A DNA stretch of 64,000 nucleotides from Lepidodermella squamata (lineage: Eukaryota > Animalia > Gastrotricha): the NCBI GenBank assembly GCA_047495785.1, contig JBLDXI010000024.1, forward strand, positions 992,001 to 1,056,000, in the 5' to 3' direction. Under the pieces are notes generated by a model. It was not told where the DNA came from and searched no databases. It saw only the letters and a program-made list of their open reading frames with translations. The position numbers and the translations under genes are program-made. Shown one piece after another: positions 1 to 10,527 of the stretch (position 1 is its first letter; the number at the start of each line of letters is the position of its first letter).

Positions 1-585
1 CGCTACGACTTGTAGGGTTTTCCCAAGACCCATCGAGTGAGCAAGAATACATCCAGCACCAGAAAGTCCAGCATTGAAATGAGGAATGCTACCAATCAGA
101 TTGCTGTACATGAAACGCAGCCCACTAATCTGATGCGGCTTGAGCTGCTTGCCAATCTAAACAGGAGGTTCGAACATATTGAATCGTAACTCTCAAGTAT
201 ATCTCACATGAAACGCAACAAATATATCATCTTCATTTTTTGCGTGTGTCGGATTCAACAAAACTCGCCCAAATGAATCCGGTTGATTACATTCGTCATT
301 CTCAAGCAAGTTTGCGAGTGCAGAAATGGGCGAAGGCCTCGTATTGACAATTTCATCATCGCGAAGGGAAGATATATCAGCAACTGGATTGGATTCATCT
401 GGTAAAAGAGAGGAGTCAATTTAAGCTATACATTCGAATCGCGTGGTGGAAAAATATTACTAATAATAATTAATTGTTCAATGTTAACAAGGTGTACAAT
501 TTGCTATTTTCGAGTTCTCATAAGGCGTTAACTAAAAAGTACCTGCACTGCTTTCATCGTCGGAAATAACGATGCAATCGCCCAT
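1..585 (-). CDS. RAD54L2: SNF2-family helicase ARIP4/RAD54L2, 5' part (runs off the window start); exons 585-543, 398-208, 156-1
   Basis: Not in the ORF track. Spliced translation [14 protein letters not shown]|DES...[21 protein letters not shown]|[20 protein letters not shown]...[18 protein letters not shown] contains the SNF2 Q-motif and Walker A; GRVLxN, LKPHQIxG and [15 protein letters not shown] match ARIP4 as I recall it. GT-AG introns with consistent phases. Confidence 0.88.
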
Positions 586-1468
586 AATTATTCATTTTTC
601 ATCATAAATGATATTAAAATCTAGAAATCAAGTTCAAAAATTGCGTTAGCTGGTTGAACAAGCGAACTTATATTTCCAATGTTTAATGTTTACTCGTCTG
701 TTTATAATTGAATTCAATATGGTACCTTGAAAAGAAAAGGTGTAGCCTCAATAGAGAGATCGGAGTTGCTAATAATCACGAAAAGGAAGTAGTATGATGC
801 ATGTGATAGTACCAAGCATCTTTTAAACAATTCAATTTTTCGACTTCAAGATTAGGTAATCAAAATATAATATTACATGCGAACTCCCTGGAAACACTTA
901 ACACCCGCTATATCTAAAATGTCAGAAGCTAGAAATCGAATGCGAATAAAATCATCCTAAGGTAGCCAAAACTTCTAATCATTCCATCCGATAAAATTCC
1001 GTTCGAGAAAGCCCAGCTTCTTCTCACCCCAAACAGCAGCTCATTCGTCATTTGCTTCGTGCTCTCTGGATTAGCATTCCACCCCCTATCAGACGGTGAA
1101 CTAAAAGCCCTGAAGAAATAACAGGCGATGCCCTTCCAAGGGTAAGAAAGAATTGCGTGACAGAACTACATTCTCGAAGGCTCAACAACACGGCAAAATG
1201 AATAATATTGAATATGGAATTGTTGACCTACGGCTAAAACGGATGTAGAACAATCAATAAGACTTCTAAAGGCAGGCAAGCCAGGAGAGCAGGTGCGACT
1301 AACAGTCAGGAGGGATCAGTCAAGGCCATCAGCTGGGCGAAACTGATAACCAGGTCAAATCTCGTTTTCAAAATAGCTCATTATTTGAACTTCGCCAGAT
1401 TCATACTTTTTCGTGAAATATTATTTCTAAATTTAATTTGTCATTACTGACAAGTTTGAATAAATGCC

Positions 1469-1481
1469 GTTGCTAGACAAC
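1469..1481. promoter_or_regulatory. Candidate RFX X-box
   Basis: Imperfect palindrome GTTGCTAGACAAC resembling the RFX consensus, in the divergent region between RAD54L2 and the reductase gene. Confidence 0.4.
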
Positions 1482-1920
1482 GTGCCGCTCCCTAACCCCA
1501 CCCTCTTACGGCTTGAAAAGGGTCAAAATCTTCAAGAAATGACCGCAGACATTTGTAATTTTTGCGCTGTTTATTCAGACCGTTCTAGTTTACATCAGTT
1601 TGCATGAATACGGGAATGTAGGGAATAAAACTTATCTTCAATTCTTCACCATTCTTGACTTTTGACCAAGACGATTCGGCCATTAGGTTGCAAATCAATA
1701 ACATCGCTTTGATGCGTTACGCATATCTGCGACCTAGTTTCATTCTTTATAACTGTCGCCTCTTGCTTTATCCTTCTGCATAGTCTCTCTTTCTTTCGTA
1801 TTTTTTAATTTATTGTTATCTACACCATCTTGATAAACGAGAGATCGCAGCTGATCGTAATATTTACCTACACTTACTGTAGGTTTGTTGAAAGCATTTG
1901 ACCTTATTCACTTCACAATC

Positions 1921-3345
1921 ATGCGATGGATAGTTGTTGGATTGCTGTTATCGTTGATTAGTGTAGCAAAATCTGCAGATTCGGTCGTTACTGCGGCGCC
2001 TTCAACTGCTTCTTTTACATGGGATAATTGCGATAAAGGCACCGGTGGCTATTCATGCATGACCAAACCTAGCAAGTGCTCTAGCTTGGAATCATGTGAA
2101 ATAGTTGCTGTATGGAGATCAGTTGCGAATGGCGTCGAATTCATGATGGTTGGAAATGGGCTGTCGGGTGCTGCTTACATTCTTGTTGGATTAGGAGATT
2201 CACCGGGAATGGACAAAATATTATCCACTGTTTGCGGATGGGACGGCAGTAGCCTGTCAATTTACAATGCTTACAATGAGGGCTTCGAATCTTATGCAGT
2301 AACATCGCCAGACACCTACGCGGGAATTACTGAAGCTCAAGGCTCTTTTATTAACGGCCGATTAAACTGCCGCTTTGTTCGCGCTGTCTCTTCTTCTTCA
2401 TCTAAAATTCCGAGATTGGACGTTGCTCACAGGGTCTTTCTTGCGTCGGGACCTATGGAAGGACCTCAGCAACACGGTTATCACTTTACAACCCCAATTT
2501 CTTCTGTGTCGCAAATACTGTATCAACCTCCCATGACTGTGATTTCGGCGAATGGCAGCACCGTGACTGTGGTACCATCTGGTGGTCAACCCTCTGGTGG
2601 TGGTAGAGTGAGCGCTGTGGATGATGGTGGAAGTGACCAGAAGAAACTATTGTGGAAGTTGCATGGTTTGTTCATGGTAATCTCCTGGGTGTTGTTCGTG
2701 CTAGTTGCGGTTTTACAACCCCGCTATTATCGTCAAATGTGGCTAACCAAGCGATATTGTGGTGAGCAAGTATGGTTTGCTATCCATCAGCCGTTGATGT
2801 TTACTGCTACTGGACTTTTTACCATTGGTTTTATTTTGGCCTTTGTTGCTGCCGATGGGAAATATCGACAGCTGTCTGACTTGCCGCAGAGAGCACATCC
2901 TATTTTAGGGCTAATTGCATCCATCTTAGGTTGGCTCAATCCTATAATCTCGTTTTTCCGATGCAAACCGGGACATAAGCATCGCATAATATTCAATTGG
3001 GCTCATTTTTCCATCGGATTTCTCGCGATCATCTTTGCTTTAACCAACTGCTTTATCGGCCTTTCCTTCCAGCAAATACAAGCTCCAAACTGGACGGCTT
3101 GGGTTCTTGTTGCAGCGGTTTCTTTCCACTTGGCGATGCAGGTATTATTGGAGAGTGGGCAGTGCATCTTTTACGCAAAAGACAAGGGCGACCAGGAGAA
3201 GTATGAAAGCCGGAAGGCTACTGGGGAAGACGTTGTTAAGCCTTCGTCGTATCTCCCGACATTCAAATCTGCAATTTTGGGCACTCATGTCATTGTGATG
3301 ACTGGGCTAACTGTCGCTATATGTGTTGGCATTATGAAATATTAG
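1921..3345 (+). CDS. DOMON + cytochrome b561 ferric-chelate reductase (FRRS1/SDR2-like), single coding exon
   Basis: Signal peptide from ATG 1921 (MRWIVVGLLLSLISVA). DOMON domain with GMD and YH haem-ligand motifs. Five or six hydrophobic segments carrying four b561-type histidines (KLHG, AIHQ, RAHP, WAHF). No reeler domain seen. Confidence 0.9.
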   Translation: MRWIVVGLLLSLISVAKSADSVVTAAPSTASFTWDNCDKGTGGYSCMTKPSKCSSLESCEIVAVWRSVANGVEFMMVGNGLSGAAYILVGLGDSPGMDKILSTVCGWDGSSLSIYNAYNEGFESYAVTSPDTYAGITEAQGSFINGRLNCRFVRAVSSSSSKIPRLDVAHRVFLASGPMEGPQQHGYHFTTPISSVSQILYQPPMTVISANGSTVTVVPSGGQPSGGGRVSAVDDGGSDQKKLLWKLHGLFMVISWVLFVLVAVLQPRYYRQMWLTKRYCGEQVWFAIHQPLMFTATGLFTIGFILAFVAADGKYRQLSDLPQRAHPILGLIASILGWLNPIISFFRCKPGHKHRIIFNWAHFSIGFLAIIFALTNCFIGLSFQQIQAPNWTAWVLVAAVSFHLAMQVLLESGQCIFYAKDKGDQEKYESRKATGEDVVKPSSYLPTFKSAILGTHVIVMTGLTVAICVGIMKY

Positions 3346-3656
3346 AGACATGCAACCTGCTTTGCTTTACACCATACAGTTCCAATTGTTGATGGAAGCC
3401 ATAATATTTAATTTGTATGAATAATTTGATATTGATTCTGCATGAATCGCTCATGGATTCTTTTTAATTATTTTTAGTAAAACATATTTTGCTTTTTCAT
3501 TAAGAAAGGTTCAGGCACGCCGCTTTCTAATTAAGAAAAAACGGGCGCCAATCGCTTCTACGCAGTAAAAACTCCTTTTTACAAACTGCAATGATTTATT
3601 TCCGAAATAAATGCGCTGCGTTAATTTTTATAGTCAAATTATCGAACTGTAGTATC

Positions 3657-6600
3657 ATGGAGTCACATTGTCTAATCGGGTTGAACCCCGAAGTCAAGAA
3701 GTTTATGGCGAATAATAAAATAACGGACATCTATGAAGCAGTGTTAACTGGCCTGATAGTTTGCTCGCCTGAGGATCCTTGGTCATTCATAGAAAGCTGT
3801 CTTCTCTTTCTCCAAAGAACTCCTTATGAAGAGTGGCTATGGTAAGAGTGATATAAGATAAGGTTCTCTGTGATTTCTATCAATATGTATTGTAGGGACA
3901 TGTTCGTTCCTGATCATTTGAAGCCACAACAAAGAATCATAAGCGAAACGATGCTTTATCTCATCTTCAATTTCGAGGGATACCTCGAGCCAAGCATCGA
4001 AGCGCTCATCAAGGCACTCACATTTTACAACAACAAAGTCGCGCTGAAGCATTTCGACAGGCTCATGCAATATCATATCTATAAAGTCAACAAGCGACAA
4101 ATAGCCGCAGAGACAGAGAAAAAAGCGAACGAATATTGCCAGAAGAGAATTATGCTAGTTCAGTTTAGGCATTGGAAGGTGAGTGATTATCTAAGGTTGA
4201 TCAACCTTCACGTAACGAAACTGAATTGTAGGACGTTGCGGCTATGCACAAGCGCCGTCGAATCGTGGCGTGTTCATTGATACGGCACGTTCAAGAGCAA
4301 ATAACCTGTACGAGTGTGCTTCAGGCTTGGAATGCTGCTACTGCAGATGCTCGAAAAACCCGGGAATATTTCGAGGTAATGAAGCATAAAAAAATGAAAA
4401 ATTGACACAATTCATAGGCTTGATCGGAATGCATTTGATCATATATTTTGTACAAAAAAATGACATTTTCAGCAATTTGTTAGAGATTCGGAGGTAACTG
4501 ACCCGATAAAATATTAATAATTTTTTTGCTTTGTTTTCGCCCCGAATGATTTTGATTGCGTAAAGGAGTATGTTAGAGCGTATAACGACATGGTTTGTTT
4601 TGCTTGCGCCTTGATTTTTTGCTCAGTTCGCTAAAAGGAATGCTGTTGTAACTTGTCGGACTAAAGGCTGGAGGTGTCATTCCAAAAATGGAAAGTGTTT
4701 CATCTATATAGATAGCCTCTCTCAATAATTAGTAAAAATCTGCAGAAAATCTGATGCCTGCTAACTAAATTCTACGCGATTCTATCAATCTAAATTCTTA
4801 TTTAATCTGAATTTGATACAGGATGTTGTGAGAAGGGTGAGCAATTTCATCATTGACACAGCACTGAACATCCATATCAAGAGGCATTTCTGCTTCATAA
4901 TTATAATTTTTTCTTTCACTGAGTTCAACTATTTCCATGAATAAGTCTTAAAAAATCGCATGATAATGTTACAACTAGATGGCCGCCGCCGAACGACGCT
5001 TTGTGAGTCGACGATGTAGAATTTAGCACTCGTTATGTCCGATAATTTCGTCAAGTCATAAATGATTACATGCGCGCAGCATTGAAAAATCACCTTTTTA
5101 TTTTGAATTTGAGTTATAATGGCTTGTTTTTTGCCAAACTCTAATTTGTTCGATCAATTTTTGCAGAAAACTGAGAGGGGTGAACAGGGCCAAGAAAATC
5201 AGGTATCGGAAGCTGAGCTCAAGGATGTGATTTCAACGATGGAAAAAATTCTGGCAGCAGAAATATCTGACGTAAGTGAAATATTTTCCAGCCCTTTGAA
5301 AAATCGATCTAAATTGTTGTAAACTTGTTGTACCTATTTTTCTGAACTATCGATGATAGGAAGCTGAGCCTATTGACCCAGATAATCCACCTGAGTCATG
5401 CGCTCTTGCGATGGAGGTGAAATAATAGCTAATTTCAGTTCATTTTTAGTTCAATTTTATTTTTTTCGCCCTTGTCCTAATGCCATTATAATCCTTTTCA
5501 TTTGTATCAATTTTCAGATTTTCAAATATTTGAACATTGCCGAGTTGTGTTTGTGTTCGCGAGTATGTCGAGCCTGGCGAATTTTGACTCAATCGCGGCA
5601 ACTGTGGAAAAAATTGGACTTTACCCCCATCAGCGATAGGGTCAATGACGAGACGCTTCCTTTACTCCTCAAAAGATCACGACCTTTCCTTTCAAATCTC
5701 AACCTGCGGAGATGCCATCGCATGGGCGACGCGTCGTTCACAGCTGTATCATTGTGCAAAAACCTGCAAGATATCAACATGTCGGAATGCAGCTCGCTTT
5801 CGGTATTATATTTTTTTTAACCTTCTTCTACACAGAGGCAAACACGCTCGTTAAACCTTATTATTTACCAAGGACAACCACATAATGCTTATATCGTCCG
5901 GCTGCCCTGTGCTGCTCATGCTCAACGTCTCATTTACGAAAATTTCCGACACAAGCTTACGCTATATAGCAAAGTATGGTGTTTTTACAAGTATTACCTT
6001 TGTAAACACTGGTAGCGTGATGTTGTTTATTTGAAGGAACCTGACCAATTTGCAGTACCTGAGCATTTCCTACTGCACTGGCATTTCCGATGTCGGGTTG
6101 GAATATTTATCACAAGCGCAGGCGAAGCTGTCGCATCTAAACATATCCGGATGCACGCAGTTTACTAATAAAGGCTATACGATACTGTCGAAAGGCTGTG
6201 AAAGCGTGCAGGAATTCATTCTAGAAGACCTGCCTCTGTTGACCGACACAGACGCTATTTGTTTGATCAAGGGCCTGAAAGCGTTAAGGCGGCTCTCCGT
6301 CGCCGGATCTAACGGGCTAACCGATGCGTTCTTCAGCCAGTTATCACGATTCACGAACATAAAAACTTTGAAAGTCCGAAGCAATCCGAGATTAACAGAT
6401 TCAGGCCTTAAATTCATGGCCCAATGCCGGGAGTTGCGGCACCTCTACCTGATGGAATGCAATTTAATTCAGGAATCTTTCGCAAGATACATATCGCTGT
6501 GTTCGGAAATCGTTGTCGTAAATTTGAGCGGTTGCACCCGGCTGACAGATTCGGGCGTTAAAACGCTGTGCGACAGTTTATGCGCTCCTAAATTGCGGGA

Positions 6601-7863
6601 GTTGAGCCTCAACAATTGCCCACGCCTGACTGATCTGTCAATAATTTTAGTGCAGAAGCGTTGTCCGAATCTAGTTCACTTTCAAATGAGTAACCTATAC
6701 TACGTAACCGAATCTGGTCTCGAGGTTCTGTGGCACATGAGTAATTTGTACTCCCTCAATATAACTGGCTGCAATGCGACTGATCAGATCATGATTCAGC
6801 TGGGAGGGTTGAGAAAGCCGGACGCACAAAGCGGGACGTTACGTGAGCTATTAGCGGCCGGTTGTCGCAATGTCAGTGATTTGGGAGTTCAAAAATTTGC
6901 TCAAGAATGCCGAAATCTGGAGATGCTCGATTTGTCACTTTGTGGCGATATCTCTGACAACGGAATCAAGAATTTAGCCTTCTATTGCCGATCATTGACG
7001 GATCTGAAACTTGTTGGCTTGAGCAGTGTGAGTTTTAGTAACGAAATTTTTCTGTGATGAATATTGAGCACGTCTTGAAATTCTAGCTGATTTCAATTTC
7101 CTAATTTTATTATTCGGCCAAATGCATTGACAATTTCCTTAGTATCCTAAGAATGACTTCTGGTTTCTAAAAAGCCCCGATGAAAATATCATATTATTTC
7201 GGATTTTCAGTCTCAATTTCGAAATTGAAAAGTTTAAAAATGATGATTTCGGTAATTTTGAAAATTCATGAAAAATTGAATTTTGATCCGAATTTTTCAA
7301 ATCCAGTACCATGAAATAGCTCTTCTTTCCCGCTTCAAAATCATATGCGCCAATTAAAATCAGGAATTAAGACGGCAGTCTGGCACTAACGCAATTCGGC
7401 CTCTTAATCAGCTCAACTCGTTTTATTAAGGAAGACTTTATATTCGTGTGATTGATTTTTTTCACAGCTCACGGATCTCTCAATTCAATACGTCAGCGGC
7501 GTGTGTAAATATCTGAAATCGCTCGACATCAGCGGATGTTGCCTAGTCAGCGACAAAGGCGTTCGTTCATTCGTTAGAGCCGAGTGCAAACTGCGATTTA
7601 TTGGTCTGTTGTGGTGCCCGCGTGTTTCACGCGAAATGTCTCTGAAACTAGCGACAATTGTCGGCGTTGTGCGACATAGCGTCGAAGAGCCACCACCCGT
7701 TTTGCTTGCTATGGCTAATGCCGGCATTGTTCAGCAACCTGTTCGTTTGTACGGGACAGGCATTAGCAACAGCACGGTTCCTCCTGCCTCAAGTGCCATG
7801 TTGGAGGTGGGCAATGTTGTGCGATCTGTCGCAAGTCGCCAAGCGATTCCAGCGCAAGAATAA
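3657..7863 (+). CDS. FBXL13: F-box/LRR protein 13 (dynein regulatory complex subunit 6)-like; exons 3657-3841, 3896-4178, 4232-4375, 5167-5271, 5518-5802, 5873-5973, 6037-7027, 7468-7863
   Basis: N-terminal docking-type helix pair (IYEAVLTGLIVCSPEDPWSFI), F-box (IFKYLNIAELCLCSRVCRAW) and many cysteine-containing LRRs (LxxLxLSxCxxxTD). All junctions are GT-AG and in phase. Confidence 0.8.
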
Positions 7864-8091
7864 ATATCATGAAACTAAAATATAATTCTAACTGTGATAC
7901 TCTCACTCTTGTTGGTGCCAAAAAATGTGATGAATTTTTATTTGTAGCCAAACTCTTCTCATAGACTCTTGCACTCTTCGGACAAAATCTATGCCAAATT
8001 TTTTTATTTTATTTCTTCAGTACCTATATATAAATCTGAAATATTACCGCACATAATAAAGTATTGATTTTGAGAATTTTTGTATTATAGC

Positions 8092-8688
8092 CTAATGTTG
8101 ACTTGCGGGTAACACTACGACGAAAACAATGATTAAAACAATGGTAACTGACGCGCAGAAAAGTGATCCAAGACTAAGAATGATGGCCGTGCTGTAGCTT
8201 CGTTTCGCCGCTGGATGGCTGATCGGCCGTTTCGCGAATAGAAAAGCAGGCACGGCTAGACACAGAATAGCCGTGAAAAGTGAACATGTTGCCGCGATTA
8301 GGGCTCGTTTTCTCTTCCTAAGAAGAGACGCTTGACTGAGCACTTGAGCGTCTGATTGAATAGGTGTGATATGACTACTGCCATTCAACCCTTTAGGCCG
8401 AGCTGAGTAATCAGGATCTGAAGCTTGTGTACTAGTATCACCGATTGCCCAGTAATGCGTGGTAACTTCGGGAGGGTTGAGATTACTTTCTACCCAGGAC
8501 GCAGAATCATCTGCGAAATGAACATGATTACCGTTGTCAACGTGATGATTTGTCGATGAATCGTTGCCTCCATTAGTGTCGGATTGGGATGGCGCGTTGT
8601 TATTATCAGTTCCAGAACTTTCAGCAGCAACTGATGGGGAGGAAGTGTCTGCAGCCCCGCCGCCGCCGCCTGGGTCTGAGTCGCCCAT
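8092..8688 (-). CDS. Membrane protein with a disordered N-terminus and two C-terminal hydrophobic segments (CD225/dispanin-like)
   Basis: Open frame 8092-8784; likely start MGDSDPGG at 8688. Low-complexity N-terminus, then ALIAATCSLFTAILCLAVPAFLFA, a basic loop, and AIILSLGSLFCASVTIVLIIVFVVVL. The family call is from topology only. Confidence 0.6.
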   Translation of the reverse strand: MGDSDPGGGGGAADTSSPSVAAESSGTDNNNAPSQSDTNGGNDSSTNHHVDNGNHVHFADDSASWVESNLNPPEVTTHYWAIGDTSTQASDPDYSARPKGLNGSSHITPIQSDAQVLSQASLLRKRKRALIAATCSLFTAILCLAVPAFLFAKRPISHPAAKRSYSTAIILSLGSLFCASVTIVLIIVFVVVLPASQH

Positions 8689-9053
8689 GTCAAGAAAATT
8701 ATTTCCAAGCTTCAAAACAGTAGTGAATCGAAATGCAAGTTCAACTAGCGAAGTGTTTGCTTTGGGATGTGTAAAACCGCTCATGTGTTTTCTTTATTGA
8801 TCGGTGCGAGTGAAATATCCGCTTTAAAATATCCCAATGTTTCTTCCCCAAAGTGCTGCATCTGCTACTTTATTGGAAAACCGAATAACGAATGCCAAAA
8901 TAAGTAATTTTATTTGATAAAACTGAATATTAAAGATATTATTATCACTCTATCCAGCACGGTTATAAACACAGGAATTTTATGGCTAAGGTGCGTAGAA
9001 AAGCAAAACAAGTAGAATATTTAGCAAAATAGGGTAGAACCGTTATTTATTCA

Positions 9054-9885
9054 TCACGAAGACTTGTTCATGAGCTCCTCAAACTCTTCAATGGATGAGA
9101 TTTGTGACTTAGTTTGGATCGCTTTCGGGCGCCGCTCGCGAACGAAAGCGATTGCGTCATTGGCAGTCATTTTCTGAGAATACACCAGGTAGCAGGCGAT
9201 GAAAGTTCCAGTGCGTCCTAGTCCAGCATGGCAGTGAATTGCCGCTTTGCCAACTTTTAGCGCATCGTCCAAGGCTTGAACGCACTCCAACATCAGCGGC
9301 ATAGGGGCAGTTCCGAAATCGTCCCACGCGAAATTGAAGAATTGAACACCGTTCTTCCGCAGCGTTTCTATGCTATAGCTGAATCCGCTGACGACGTCCA
9401 ACTGCGGTCCGCAAAACGCATGCTCCCACTTGTGTTGGAGATTAAACACCGATTTTATGTTATTCCTTCAATTAGACAAAAATCAAAACAAATGTTAGTG
9501 CAACTGAAAATTTTACTTTTGGAATTGATCCATAACATTGAATTTTTTAATAAGAAAATTTGTCGGCCGAGCCATCGCCAAAATATTGTCTGTTACCCTG
9601 TAAATTTTGATAATATTTGTAAAAGAAAGAATTCTACTGAGCTTTCAAAGTCGAACCAATGAGAAAATATTCCATCGATTGCCATTTGGCTGCTTTCCCA
9701 CGATGAATTTTCGTATTTGCAAGCTGGGCCAATGCATTTCGTTTTACACATTTCTTCGCATGGTAACGGCCGCGGTAGTTTTTTGTCGTACTTGTACAGC
9801 TCATCTTTAGTACAGAAATCATGAATTAACCCATAAAATTGCAATTAGGCGTGAGCTGACCTTTGTTTAGTTCCGCTGAAGTCAT
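9054..9885 (-). CDS. PTPDC1: PTPDC1-like phosphatase, about 221 aa; exons 9885-9861, 9804-9657, 9597-9517, 9465-9054
   Basis: Catalytic HCHAGLGRTG plus the family motifs C..PACKYEN, WVTDNILAMARP, NLQ...EHA.CG and RP..IQT. The first 25-nt exon is less certain. Confidence 0.88.
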
Positions 9886-10527
9886 TCAAAATTAAATTCT
9901 AGAGTAAAAAAAGACAAGTTTAAATGGACCATTCTTTATAAATTTACTTTTTCATACAACTACAATGAATTCATCAATTCAAAAATTATCGTTGAAAAGT
10001 CTTAATTCAGAAAGTTTACGGCAGAACAAGAAAGTACGCCTGCAATCGAGTCAAACCACAGGACTATTGTTTTACATTTTTCAGCAAGTTTATATTGCTG
10101 ATGGGTACATTTAGAGTGACGAAACGAAAGAAATTTTCACGACATGCGTGATTCGAATAAAACAACGAATTACCAACTCGACTATTCTCAATAATAATTA
10201 TCATTTCACAGCTAGAGAAGATGTTTCAAAACTCAAATGCGTTTTTGAGCACGAATTTCATTCTAGATATTTTTTTAGAACAAACGCGAAAGAGCCGATG
10301 CGGAATAAATTCATATAGTACATTGATTCAGTCACAAAATATCTGTTCCACCGAAAAAAATGACTAACAAAAAGGGACTGTGTCACTGGAGACTATTACA
10401 TAGGTATAATATAATACAAATGAATAGACACGGAAGAAACGCTACACACAGAGATAATAAAAAAACTGAGTACAAACAGTTTTACCGATGAGAAAAAGGA
10501 AACAAAAATTGAACCGAGCTGATAAAT

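Noticed and set aside
5262-5271. ATATCT as a possible U12-type donor in FBXL13
   Set aside because: Does not match ATATCCTT; a canonical in-frame GTAAGT lies 9 nt downstream and the acceptor is AG.
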